DNA of 64,000 bases from a virus (taxonomy: Duplodnaviria; Caudoviricetes), in the IMG/VR virus record IMGVR_UViG_3300021255_000042, positions 45,729 to 109,728 of that record; one strand, written 5' to 3'. A program made the position numbers and the translations under genes. The notes under the pieces were generated by a model, which was not told where the DNA came from, made no database searches, and was given only the letters and a program-made list of their open reading frames with translations. Positions 26,726 through 37,900 of the stretch are shown here, piece by piece (position 1 is the first letter of the stretch; the number at the start of each line of letters is the position of its first letter).

Positions 26726-29418
26726 TATATTCCATTTATAGTCCTATACGACACATCAAACCATTCGTCAATATTAAATATCTGGAAGAAGCAACCGCCA
26801 TCGTTTCTTGTATCGTCATCAGAAATTGAAATCTGGAATGATGAGCCAGACACATTTGTTATAGTCGGCTTTACAGAACTATTGTTGGCTGTGTCAAGAC
26901 CAGTCGCCATAACTATATAATGATCTACCGAAAGTCCCCAAGAAGATGGCATCGTAATAGTATATAGTCCCGTATCAGCCCTGCTAACAATTAATTGCGA
27001 GTTATCAAACGTTCTATATTTCAATACCGTTGCAGAAGAAGTAGAAGCACCTCTAAGCACACCCTGGGCAATACAACGCAAATCCCTTCCGTAAATTCCG
27101 GTGGTTGCTATATTTGCACGGCTAATAACAATCCATCCAAAAAACGTTGTTTTTGTTCCATACCCCTTCAGAACAATTATTTCACGGCTAAATCCAATAG
27201 ACGATAGTGCCAAACCATTCTCAAAAAGTTTGTTTCCTCCACCAGCAACTTTTATAGTATATGAACCAGATGCGACACTACCGCCCTCTGTCATATAATG
27301 CGTAAAAGTCAATGTCCTTCCACTCTGCGATGGATCGCAAGGAAGCTCTAAGTCTCCGCTACCTGTAACAGATATATTGTCAAAATATAAATATGGACGA
27401 TTCAGAATATCCGTTGCGCTGCCATCTGGATCATCCCAATCCCAATATATCTCATTAACATTTTTCCATGCAAATCTACTCTGAAGAACCCCATTAACGT
27501 GTACATTATCCAATGTAGCACCCGTAGAGTACATTTTGCCATCTTGTTGAACCCTAAATGGTGCCGTACTTCTATTTGCATGGGTTGAACCGGCCCAAAT
27601 ACGAATGGATGTTTCTGCATTCCCTTCCGAACAAATACCTGCATTCGCTAATTGTAAACACCCACTACCAGATACGCTAAGTGTTCCTGTAAGTGAAAGG
27701 GAGCCGGTATCAGTCCACGCAATTTTACCACTTGCAAAACTGCCACTTCCATCAGGGCTTAATATCCAAGCTGGAGAATTGCCATTTCCACTCTTTACAG
27801 TTCCACCGTAAAAAGTCAAGTTCCCAGACACATCCCATCCTATCTTTCCACTTGCAATACTGCCACTTCCATTTGCCGCCCATGCAATTTTACCTCCTGC
27901 CAACTTACCACTTCCGTCTGCTTCAAATCTCCACGCTGGGCCAGCTAATATTCCAGAAGAGCCAATAATAACAGAACCACTGCTCTGCGTAAATCCATCA
28001 TTATTACATAAGTCGCTTCCAGACCAAATATGTGTATTGTCAAATTTCCAGCCAGCTATCCTATGGCCATTTGTACCGAGCCTAAATACAAGATTACCAC
28101 CTGCATACCCAGCCAATTCATGGAAGTTATCGTGCGCTGTAATATAAATTCCAGTTCCGGCTGCAATATTAGCAGTAAGCCCGGAAACCGCTACATTGCT
28201 AATGTCTGAAGAAGAAACATACAACCCAGCATTACCGTTCGTTCCAACAATCATCGCATAGGTTCCATACAACTTCTCATCATCGAAGTGCCAACCAGCA
28301 ATGAAGTTCGAGCTTCCAAGTGCAAAAGCCTGGTGATATTTGGTAACAGTTTCGTTATCAATGGTTTCTTCCGTAGCTGGAAGCCAAGCCTCCAAGCCAT
28401 AGTCGCCAGAAGACGTATAGTACATCTTAACACCACCATCGGTTTTCAGGGCGGCGGTATAAGCATTTGCCGTATTCTGATAGTTGTCTGATGCGAGAAC
28501 CATAATCGCTGAGACATTGCTATCAAGAACTACGTGAGCCTTATGGATTGCGTTTTCAGAGATCAGCCAGTTACCAATCTTTCCAGAACCGGCTTCAATT
28601 TGACCCTTATACTCTGCGCTACCGTTTGCATAGAACTTAATGTTGCCCTTTGCAAACTCAGCATTACCATCGCGCTTCAACTGATAAATCGTGTCGCCAT
28701 TATTATCCTTTGCGATGATAGAACCAGAAGAAAGAAGCTGGAGAGAATAACCCGACACGGAATCAACGGTCGATATTCCTCCAGTCTCTATATTCCAGCC
28801 GCCAATCGAGGCCCCGTTGGAGTTGATATGGAAGACCTCGCTGGTGATGGTATGGCCGGTATTCGAAGGATCAGGCACGGCCTTGTAGCCGTAAATACCT
28901 GCGCCCGCCGTATCAGGGCCAAGATACACACCGGTCAAGGAATTGTCGGAATCCTTTGCACCGGCAAAAATCTTCGGGGTGACGATTGATGCACCGCCGA
29001 TCGAGGTGCGCCTTCCATCCCAGTCCTGAATCCAGTCGAGCATCGAGCTTTCCCTTACAACCGTGAACGGGAAGCTGGAAAGTATCTCAAATGCGCTGAG
29101 CGTCACTTTCACTCCAAGGCTTCCGTTCAGTATGGTTGTCGGAATGGCCGTAATCTGCAACCGAACCGTGTAGGTATCGATTGCCGTCAGGGAATAAGTG
29201 ATGTTGTTATTCGACCTGGAAGGGATTGTGATGTTGGAAGTCGTAATTGCCAGCTTCACATCACCGCGCACCACGTTTATGTCGGTGTAGGCGTATGTCA
29301 GAACCGGGTTAGAGCCGTCAAAGTCCGCGTGAACAACACACGAACTTGGACTGAATACCACTGAGCAAGCGTCACTTACTGCGGTCAGGGTTATGCCATT
29401 TCTTCCTAATTCCGACAT
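26725..29418 (-). CDS. tail fibre/spike-like structural protein
   Basis: Repeated IGGW/IAGW and GSGxxAxGKIxW beta motifs. AT-richer C-terminal half. Confidence 0.65.
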   Translation of the reverse strand: MSELGRNGITLTAVSDACSVVFSPSSCVVHADFDGSNPVLTYAYTDINVVRGDVKLAITTSNITIPSRSNNNITYSLTAIDTYTVRLQITAIPTTILNGSLGVKVTLSAFEILSSFPFTVVRESSMLDWIQDWDGRRTSIGGASIVTPKIFAGAKDSDNSLTGVYLGPDTAGAGIYGYKAVPDPSNTGHTITSEVFHINSNGASIGGWNIETGGISTVDSVSGYSLQLLSSGSIIAKDNNGDTIYQLKRDGNAEFAKGNIKFYANGSAEYKGQIEAGSGKIGNWLISENAIHKAHVVLDSNVSAIMVLASDNYQNTANAYTAALKTDGGVKMYYTSSGDYGLEAWLPATEETIDNETVTKYHQAFALGSSNFIAGWHFDDEKLYGTYAMIVGTNGNAGLYVSSSDISNVAVSGLTANIAAGTGIYITAHDNFHELAGYAGGNLVFRLGTNGHRIAGWKFDNTHIWSGSDLCNNDGFTQSSGSVIIGSSGILAGPAWRFEADGSGKLAGGKIAWAANGSGSIASGKIGWDVSGNLTFYGGTVKSGNGNSPAWILSPDGSGSFASGKIAWTDTGSLSLTGTLSVSGSGCLQLANAGICSEGNAETSIRIWAGSTHANRSTAPFRVQQDGKMYSTGATLDNVHVNGVLQSRFAWKNVNEIYWDWDDPDGSATDILNRPYLYFDNISVTGSGDLELPCDPSQSGRTLTFTHYMTEGGSVASGSYTIKVAGGGNKLFENGLALSSIGFSREIIVLKGYGTKTTFFGWIVISRANIATTGIYGRDLRCIAQGVLRGASTSSATVLKYRTFDNSQLIVSRADTGLYTITMPSSWGLSVDHYIVMATGLDTANNSSVKPTITNVSGSSFQISISDDDTRNDGGCFFQIFNIDEWFDVSYRTINGI

Positions 29419-29436
29419 ACAGGTGCTTTTGAAAAA

Positions 29437-29463
29437 GAATAGCCGATATGCCGACTATTTGTT
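29437..29463 (-). promoter_or_regulatory. putative late promoter AAC-N18-CTATTC
   Basis: Motif lies 19 nt upstream of the ATG at 29418. Confidence 0.6.
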
Positions 29464-29466
29464 TGG

Positions 29467-29853
29467 CTATTCCGCTTCAAAGGGCGATTTCGGAGCGTCT
29501 GCGTCATCAAGTTTTCCGGCTCCGAAATCCCTGCCGATTTGCTTTGCGTAACCCCTGAAGAGTTGCATTGTATTCCAGGTTGCAATCGCATCCGCATCGT
29601 CAGGGTCAAGCATATAGTTGTTGACAATGGCCTGCATTGCATCGGAACCATACTCGTGATTAATGATGGCGGCCACGATAGAGCCATAATCTACCACGCC
29701 GGGCTCCAGGGTGACGGAATCCCAGCGATACTTGCCCTGATCCTCATCATTGACTTCCTGGAGATTGTAGTTGAGCGTCAAAACCGGCACGCCCAGATGC
29801 CTTGAATAAGATACCGCCTTGGGTATTTCATTACCGTAATTCCATGTTTTCAT
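29467..29853 (-). CDS. hypothetical protein coupled to the DGR RT
   Basis: 128-aa ORF with a TAATG overlap with the RT stop. Confidence 0.65.
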   Translation of the reverse strand: MKTWNYGNEIPKAVSYSRHLGVPVLTLNYNLQEVNDEDQGKYRWDSVTLEPGVVDYGSIVAAIINHEYGSDAMQAIVNNYMLDPDDADAIATWNTMQLFRGYAKQIGRDFGAGKLDDADAPKSPFEAE

Positions 29854-31328
29854 TATGCTGCTTGTGTTTGAAATAATCGAGTTCTTAACCTGTAATTCTT
29901 TCTAAGTTTGACTATCTGGAGGTGGCCTTTTATGTAGCAGAGCTTCCAAAAGAACTGGAGTTTGTTGCTCAGGAATTCACGCGCTCGAATAGCATAGCTG
30001 TTTGTGTGAACCATCGTTCCAAGATAAGAATTCAGGCTGTCAATATCATGTTCCAGGAGCTTTGTATGCTTGACAGACAATTCACCATATTCGCTTTTCT
30101 CACACACCATCTCGAAACAGAAATTCTCAAACAATTTGAGCTTGTTGACGAACGATGACACAGAACGGTTTGATGTGAACCGTCTTCCAGGCTTAAGAAA
30201 CGTACCAACGAAATTAACGCCCTTACGGGCCTCCTGAACGTAAACCTTATCACAGTGTAACGAAAGCTTCAAGTTCTCTTCCAGCCAATCACAAGCCATC
30301 TTGTGTATGCGCGTGACAACCTTCTTCCCATCGAAGTCAAGCGTAGTGGGCACCACAATCACAAAGTCATCAACAAACCGGATATATTCGCCACCGCACT
30401 CCGCAAGCAATGCCAAAATCCATTCATCAAAGAACGACATATAATAGTTAGCGAAGAGCTGGGAGGTGAGGTTGCCTATTGGCATACCTTTACTCCGGTC
30501 GATGCAGAAAAGGCTCTTGTGGGGCGGCAGATAATCCCAGAGCTTTACGTTACCCTTTCGGATGCAGTTATCCTGAGGACAATGGTTAATAATGATGTTG
30601 CAGAGATACAGAAGCGTGTCTTTGTCGTCCCCTTGGTACTTGGTCTCTATGAGCTCCGTAATCAGCTTAGTCATTATAGCCTTGTCGATTGTCATAAAGA
30701 ATGAACGGAGATCAAACTTTCCTATCCACGCCTCACGCGTATATCCCTGAGTTACTCTATCAATTTTCTTCTCCAGGGTGTCAACTGCCATAAGGGTTCC
30801 GAATCCTTCACGGCAGTTAAATGATACATTGCCCTGGGAAACGAACCGTTCTTCGAACAATGGGTTCAACCGGAGACAAACCCAGTGCTGGACGATACGG
30901 TCGCGGAAATTTGCCGCAAACACCTCACGTATCTTTGGCCGTGTTACTATGAAGCAGATGCTCGTAGATGGCTCATAGCGTCTCTCATCGACTTCCTGCA
31001 TCAGATGAAGCAGGTCGTCTTCGTAAATAGAACGATAAAAGGTACATTGACTACTTGACTTCTTTTTCTTACAACAGTCTTCAAACGCCTCAATCCATCC
31101 TGCTATCCTATCATCACCAGATGCCGCAACAGCACGCACATAGTTGTTGTTGTACTTGTTGTTGTTGTTCACGTTGCCATTATTGAAGTTCACGTTCCAG
31201 GCGTTGTTGGCCGAGTTCTCCGTGGAGGCCGCTAATACGCACACTATGTTTTTCTTAACTAAATCCGATGCTTTACGACCGAATCCAGTGGTGCGCCCAT
31301 TTAATGAATGATAAGAGTACCCAATCAT
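29853..31328 (-). CDS. DGR reverse transcriptase
   Basis: REVFAANFRDRIVQH, KFDLRSFF, GMPIGNLTSQ (DGR-type GxxxSQ), YIRFVDD. First in-frame ATG at 31328. Confidence 0.95.
   Translation of the reverse strand: MIGYSYHSLNGRTTGFGRKASDLVKKNIVCVLAASTENSANNAWNVNFNNGNVNNNNKYNNNYVRAVAASGDDRIAGWIEAFEDCCKKKKSSSQCTFYRSIYEDDLLHLMQEVDERRYEPSTSICFIVTRPKIREVFAANFRDRIVQHWVCLRLNPLFEERFVSQGNVSFNCREGFGTLMAVDTLEKKIDRVTQGYTREAWIGKFDLRSFFMTIDKAIMTKLITELIETKYQGDDKDTLLYLCNIIINHCPQDNCIRKGNVKLWDYLPPHKSLFCIDRSKGMPIGNLTSQLFANYYMSFFDEWILALLAECGGEYIRFVDDFVIVVPTTLDFDGKKVVTRIHKMACDWLEENLKLSLHCDKVYVQEARKGVNFVGTFLKPGRRFTSNRSVSSFVNKLKLFENFCFEMVCEKSEYGELSVKHTKLLEHDIDSLNSYLGTMVHTNSYAIRAREFLSNKLQFFWKLCYIKGHLQIVKLRKNYRLRTRLFQTQAA
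31121..31230 (-). repeat. DGR template repeat (TR)
   Basis: 110 nt with 15 AAY codons. Aligns ungapped to 31923-32032 with 17 mismatches, all at TR adenines. Confidence 0.97.
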
Positions 31329-31369
31329 AATCGTAATTAACAAAAAGGTCTCGTGCCGCGAATACTAAT

Positions 31370-31786
31370 TCACTCGCCTTCTGGATCGCTGGGCCTGCCT
31401 TTAGAAAGGTCGCGTTTGGTTTTCCTTTCCCAACCAAATAACTGTTTACCAATGCTCTCAGTGTATTGGAGATAGGCCGCTTTCTGTTTCGGGCTGATAA
31501 AATGGATGCTTTTACTTCGGGAGCAATATTCGTAGAGGGAATCCAACAACGATTTTACCTCTTCGAAGGACAAAATTGCTCCTTCAATAGCTTCCAGCCT
31601 TACTTGGCTATCCGTATGCTTTAATGCAACACGCACATAGGCTTCCGTTTCCATAAGGGAATCGGTAAGGCTATCGGCCACGTGTTGTAAACGCCGCGAA
31701 TTAGTTGGAATCCTATCACCGACAGGAATCCACCAGCAGAATAGATTTTCGATTTGTCGTCCGACCGATGATTGCTTAGAAGTCAT
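31370..31786 (-). CDS. Avd-like DGR accessory protein
   Basis: 138-aa helical protein between VR and TR, ending IGKQLFGW (Avd-like). Assignment rests largely on position and size. Confidence 0.7.
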   Translation of the reverse strand: MTSKQSSVGRQIENLFCWWIPVGDRIPTNSRRLQHVADSLTDSLMETEAYVRVALKHTDSQVRLEAIEGAILSFEEVKSLLDSLYEYCSRSKSIHFISPKQKAAYLQYTESIGKQLFGWERKTKRDLSKGRPSDPEGE

Positions 31787-31866
31787 TTAGTCAATGTACC
31801 ATAAATCGTTAATTATTAATAAGTTACAAAATCACATCGATTTTCAAAATCAATTTGGCTTTTTCG

Positions 31867-31892
31867 AGGCCGCCGCGTCAAAGCGGCGGCCT
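31867..31892. other. GC-rich hairpin/cruciform downstream of VR (DGR homing cis-element and/or terminator)
   Basis: AGGCCGCCGC-gtcaaa-GCGGCGGCCT, a perfect 10-bp stem 25 nt past the target stop. Confidence 0.8.
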
Positions 31893-31917
31893 GAAAAATC
31901 GACTTCAAGGGCTACAC

Positions 31918-34900
31918 CTAAAATGCCGCAACAGCACGCACATAGAGGAAGTCGTACTTGTAGGAGCCGTTCACGTAGCCACTATTGAAGTACACGTCCC
32001 AGGCGTGGTTGGCCGAGTACTCCGCGGAGGCCCAATACCAAGATTCCGTCCACTGCGTAAAAACGCCCGCTGTCTTGGCTTTTGCGAAAATCGCATTGGG
32101 AGTGCCAACCGTGTAACCCTTGGATTTGTACCAATAGCATCTACAAAGCTCTCCTGAACTCGGTAAGTACCAATTGTGCTTTTTGAACTTGTCATTAAGC
32201 ACTTCTCCAGTTCGCAACACTGTCGGCTGATAGGCGTAACAGTAAGAAGCGGCAGGATAGTAATACTGCTGATACTTAACGGTGCTGCTGTTAGCATTAA
32301 CCAAGTTCGTAATACAAGTCGTAACATTCTGATACTCCGATTCGGTTGCCGTCTCTGAAGGAATAGGGAGATTAATGCCCGAATCGTTTAATATTTTGTT
32401 ACGATGTTGTATAATTCTCAGAGTCTTCAACTTTCCAGAAGGAATCTTGTCACCTACATGGTAAGTCTTGCCGTCCAGAGAAATCTCCGAAGTAAGAGTA
32501 ATGAGCTGCATATCTCCAGGCGCGGTATTGGCCGCGAAAATCTTGAAGCCGTCAGCATCACCGGTACTCGTTTCATCACGATAAGATTCATCGGTTACAT
32601 AAGAACCACTGATACCTGACGTAATATTGTCGATGGAAACAACGTCATACACATTGTATGTAGGCTCATCGGAAAGCGTCAAACCGGCAAATCCGTTGGT
32701 GGCATCATTGTACAAACCCCATGCTCTGGAAGTAGGGGCGGTGTCCTGGAGAGCAGTCATTCGGCGGTCTGTGCTGTCATCAGGATTGATGTAGAAACAA
32801 ATACCAACCGGTGTCTTATCTTCGTCCAAACTGTCAGAATACGAACCATCCGCATACACATAGTCACCAACCTCAGCTGCTCGGTCATATATACCAACAG
32901 TCTTCGCACCATTAATGGTCGTGTAAGAGCCATTGTTGAACGTTTCGATAGCAACACCTACCGTAACGAAGTCAGCTTCGCTGGAAAGCTGGGAAACGTG
33001 CAGCACACCGGTCTTTGTGTTCATAGACACCTGACCGTTCAACGAAGGGTTGGTCACGCTCCAGGTAATCTTTGTAAAGTTATTGGCATACCTGGAAGAA
33101 GGATTGACGATGTACTGGTAGTCAGCATTCGCCTCGTGGGTGTAGGTATCACCACCAATACCGGCAGATGTCAGAACCGTCTTGTTGTAGGTCATCAAAA
33201 GGCCCTTATGGTCTGCGGAGTTCACGTCATCTACGTTGCCCCACTTGTCGATGATCAACGCCTTCATTGCAAAGGTGATTGACGAACCAGCTGAAGGCTC
33301 ATTCACAATCATCGAACCGGTGAGCTTGGAAGTTGCGATACCGGCCAGCCACTCAATCATCGCCGCAGATGCAGAAGTCCAGTTGATATTCTCGATCTGG
33401 ATGTAGTTCACATTGGCGTTGGCATTGAATGCACCGAACGCAAGACCGTAAGAGTTGAAAGAACCTACATTGGAACCTATGCGTATGGTGTGCAGGTACT
33501 GATAGCCGTCAAACGTAATAGTGGTCACGTTCGGTACGTTGTCTATCTCAATGGTGGTCAACTTACCAGGCAACTTCACAGTCACAAGGTTCTCGGATTC
33601 CGGCAGGTTAACCTCAGTAATGGAGGTACCTGAGAGATTTATGGTAGCCGCACGGATTAGCTTCGTTCCGTCAAACGTACCCTTGATTCCAACACAACCT
33701 TCCAACGAAATGGACTGTAGGCCGGTGGCGTTCTCGATAACAAATTGCTGAGGACGGAAGGCCGGTACGCTTTCGCCAGTTGTGCTGTCGGTATAGAACA
33801 CGGTCGGCTCGGCAGTAAAGCTGGTAAGACGCTTACCTTGGAGTGTGAATGTGGAATCGGCCTTACAGCTGATATTTCCAACATTGCCGAAATTGCGGTA
33901 GTAGTTGGACGCGAAGATAGCAACACCAGTATCACCTTGCACACTTCCCAGGTTGAAATTGTAAGTCTGACCAGGTGCAAGTCTGACGTGCGGATCGATG
34001 GTGTTTGCACCAACGTTCGCGGTCGGATAGATATACTGGTGAGGTGTAACCTGGATGACGTAGGACGCGACTGTTCCGTCCGGGTTAGGATAGCCCTGGA
34101 AACCGAAGGAAGAAGCCGTGTCGTCCAGACCGATAGAACCAGAAGCAGCATACTCGAAATCACCCCAACGTGCATACGAGGCCGCATACACGAGACGGCG
34201 TTTCATATACTGACGTTCGGCCTCCAGTTGATTACCAATAGACTGAGTGATTGGAGGAACTGCGCGACCACCCGTTGATACAAAACCGGTAGAAGCAGGG
34301 TACTCGTAACGGATGCGGGCCTGTTCATTCCACGCAACAGCCGGGAAATATTCTTGCACAGAGAAGAAGTACTTGTGCAGGAATCCCCAAGGTGTTGTCT
34401 TCTGAACATCGGTAAGACCGGGCAGATCATCGTTCACGCTCACCATACGGCTCATTGCGGAAAGAATCTCGTGCATCATCGACTGGAGTTCCTTGGTGTC
34501 CTCGTACATCAGCTCGCAAAGGTTGAAGAGAACATTTGCGCCGCCCTCATAGAGAGACTGGTTGCTTCCTTCCGCGCACGGGTGCATACGGTCGATATAA
34601 TACGGCTTGGTCTGGCGGCCCGTATTGTCGGTCGGGAAGATGGTATCAAGGTCATCCTGGTGAAGTTCGAAGAGGAGTGTGCTCGGATCAAGAACGTAGT
34701 AGGTGTTCTTCGAGCAGTTATCCGTTCCAGCGATGAAGAAATTCACGTATGCGTAGTGGAACTTCAGGGAATCGACTTTGAAGTAGCTTCCAATGTTCGC
34801 CTTGGCGTGAGAAGCTATGGCCGAAATGAACGCCGCATTCAGAGCCGAATAGTTACTCTGGTTGTCAGAGGTGATTGCGCTGGAAGTCATCGAATCCGTG

Positions 34901-37900
34901 CTAAGGTTCCTAACTGCGTAAGCCGTGCCGTTCCACATTCCAGCGTGTACGAAGGATTCGGCCTCGTTATCGTAGCGGAACAGACAGTAACGGTAGGTTC
35001 CCTGTGTGAGCCAGTAAGCCATCGTAGTATCGAGGTTTTCATCGATGATGAACTGCTCATAGGTTCCGTTGTAGTAAGTGATGCGAGGGTTGTGCAAATA
35101 AAGGAAGTTCCACGCGTCCTTTACTTTCGCCAACACAGAATCCTTCAGCACCTTCTGGCCATTAACGGTCTGGGCAACGAATTTATCCACGTCAATATTA
35201 ACCTCGTCTGCGGTAGGATAGCCGAAACCGTCACACTCACCATCTTCGAAGTGCGGAAGAACCTTGTGATCCCAAGGCACACGCATATCGGTAAGCGGGC
35301 TGTTGTTCTCTGCACCTTCCAGCATCACGAAATTGCCGTGCTGCGACTTCACAAATCCCCAGGTCGGATCATCCATCTTTCCAGGGCCAAACGTACAGGC
35401 ACCACGATACAACGGAGTTCCGCCCTCTGTTTCCTGAGTGAAGTAGAAGAACGGTTCAGTGTACTTTGCAACGCGAGCCAGAGAGTTGGATTGCTGGATG
35501 GAGTTCTTGCCTACGATTTCGGTGTGCAGGTCGTTGTAGGAACGAGTACCACCGCAAAGGTGGCTCTGCATAGCCGAAGCGTAGTTAATCTTGTTCACCA
35601 TCTTCTGGCCAAGCGGAACACCAAGAGCGACCTTGTAGCCCTTTCCACGATACATTCCGTTCGTGTCAATCCAACCATCTTGAACCTGGATGGTGCCATT
35701 AGTTACTTCATAGGTTCCATCCACCAGGCCACCAACGAGCGTCACGGTGCCATCATTGTTCAAGGTCTGGGAGATGGAGCTGTGAATCTTCGTCAGCTCG
35801 ACCGTAATCAGGAAGTCAACGTCCTTAATCTTGGTCTGGATGTTCGAGTAGTAGTACGTGTTGGCGGTCGTACCCTGGCGGCTGGAAACGAGGCACTTCA
35901 CAGTGTTGTCCTGCTGCCATGCGAGGTAGGAAGCCTTACAAATGGTGCCGGACAAATCCGGGTTGATTGTGCCGTCAGCGTTATACTGGTAGATTTCCCA
36001 GTAACATTTTTGTTTTGCGGAAAGGAACTGATAAGGCTCCACTCCGTGATAAATAAGGACACGTTTGCCTTGCGCACGCACCTTAGCAGCCGAAATTAGT
36101 CCTGTCTCAGAATCCAAAATATCGTTATCGTGACGCACCTTCAGTTTCTCGGCAGAAGTCGGGAGCGTGGAGATGTAGTTCTTGACGATATTTGTAGCTG
36201 AGAGCTGCTTATTCGTGTAGCAACGGATAGAGTAGATGTCAACGTCAGCAGAGTTGGAGCCAATGACGATACCACCATTACTCATTGCGCCGGTGCAGAA
36301 CTCATTGTACCTGTTGATAGCGAAGTTGAATTCACGCTTAATGCTGCCATTGATAAGGATGCGCACCAGGGCCATAGGAGTTGCGCCAGTCTCAGCAACC
36401 ACGGAATGGTTGATATTAATGCTGAAGTGGGTACGCACGCCTTCTTCCCATTGCCAATCCTGCTGGGCTTCAACGTTGTTAGAGGTGGTGAGCAAATAAC
36501 CACGGAGCGCATCGAAGCGAAGACCAATCATCTGGTTGGTCGCATCAGTCTCATTGATACCTATGAGCTGAGCATTCTCAGGGTCGGTAACGTTGCGCAC
36601 TTTCATATCGAACTCCAGCGTCATAGAGGATTCAGGGTTCGAGATGAATTGGGCGAACGGGTTGTACTGGATGGTGAGCTTCTGACCGGCCAGAACACGG
36701 AGAATCTTCTGGCTGTCATCCGGACTGATAATCCAACCATCGTTTACACCTGAGAAGCCAACCCAGGTAGAAGGAATCTCAGCATTACCATCGCGGGCAT
36801 TGAGAATGCGCTTGAAATTCGTCTCGGTATTGTTACGAATCTTCGGGTTAATCAAGAATGTAGAACCGGCGGTCGGTGAAAAAGAATCTGAATTGTCAAC
36901 AGTAAGGCTGATAGCATCCGTGCCAATCGATTCCATAAGAGCGTCATAGGTGCCAGTAATTGTTCCTTCGACATCGGTAGTACGTCTCCAAACATGGAAA
37001 TAAGCATCGTAGCTTGCCGCCTCTTCAGAACTATCGCTGGAAGCCTCAATTTCGACCGTCACGTTCAGGTCACGGCGCACGTTTGTGGGCACGATGTCTT
37101 CCACGCGCAGGTATTCTATGAGGTTTTCATCTTCCAGGGCGTTCTCAGAATAGTTACTGATTATAAACGCAAGATTCAACGATGCAGTTGTATCGAGAAC
37201 AATCTGATTGTTGGAATCCAACATAGGTACGAATACGGCATATCCACACAGACGAGCCTGCACATAGTTGGTGACGGAAGACAGCATCTCCTGAATCATC
37301 ACATACGGCTGCGTCTTCTGGGCGGTTGTCACCGTTGCGTTGTTGATGACCATAAACCGGTTCACCAGAACGTCACTGGTAATTGTATTGCCATCACCGT
37401 CCGTACACGTCAGCCAGGCCGTCACGGTATGAACGCCATGCGACAGGATGCCATAGCCGGTCTGATCCGCGATCGTCCTGGTAAAGTTCTCGGTCGTGTA
37501 TTGCGTCAATCCCAGTGTGTACTCCAAGGTCATCTCCTGGGTCGCGCCGGAAATCTTCAGATGCAGGGTTTTTGCGACCGATCCGTACACCTGGTAAGCA
37601 ATCGTGAAGCCGCCGCCAGCCGCATCGATAGGAACGTTGTAGTTCTGCTGGTTGACGAGGTAAAGCTGGGTAAGGACGATGGAGTTGAACACCAAACGTC
37701 CAGTCACGCCGGTTTCCATACCGGTTGCCTGCACACGGACTTGGTTGTCACCCGGAGACAGGTACTCGGAAATGTCAAACTCTTCGTATGCGCTCGGCGA
37801 AGTAGGATCGAACGTGAACGGACGGGTGGAAACCTGGAAGCTTCCTCTTGTCACCCACTCACCTACGGAATACACCTGAATCTGCACGGCAACGATTTCA

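Larger units (their letters stand above)
29853..32032 (-). mobile_element. diversity-generating retroelement cassette (VR-hairpin-avd-TR-RT)
   Basis: RT with the DGR signature, TR/VR pair differing only at adenines, accessory gene and post-VR hairpin. Confidence 0.96.

Noticed and set aside
21932-29418. Second DGR target or shufflon cassettes among the tail genes
   Set aside because: By eye, no other copy of the TR/VR 3' sequence and no inverted tail-gene fragments were found. An exhaustive search was not possible.
31141-31170. (GTT)n microsatellite-like tract
   Set aside because: It is the AAC-codon run of the DGR template repeat, not an independent repeat.
29853-31343. RT as group II intron, retron or Abi RT
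   Set aside because: The GxxxSQ motif, TR/VR pair and avd-like gene identify a DGR. No maturase/endonuclease domain or interrupted host gene is evident.
34354-36099. Long plus-strand ORFs (581 aa here; also 50883-52259, 45109-46107, 38356-39360, 36994-37974)
   Set aside because: They are antisense shadows of codon-biased minus-strand genes, with no recognisable motifs.
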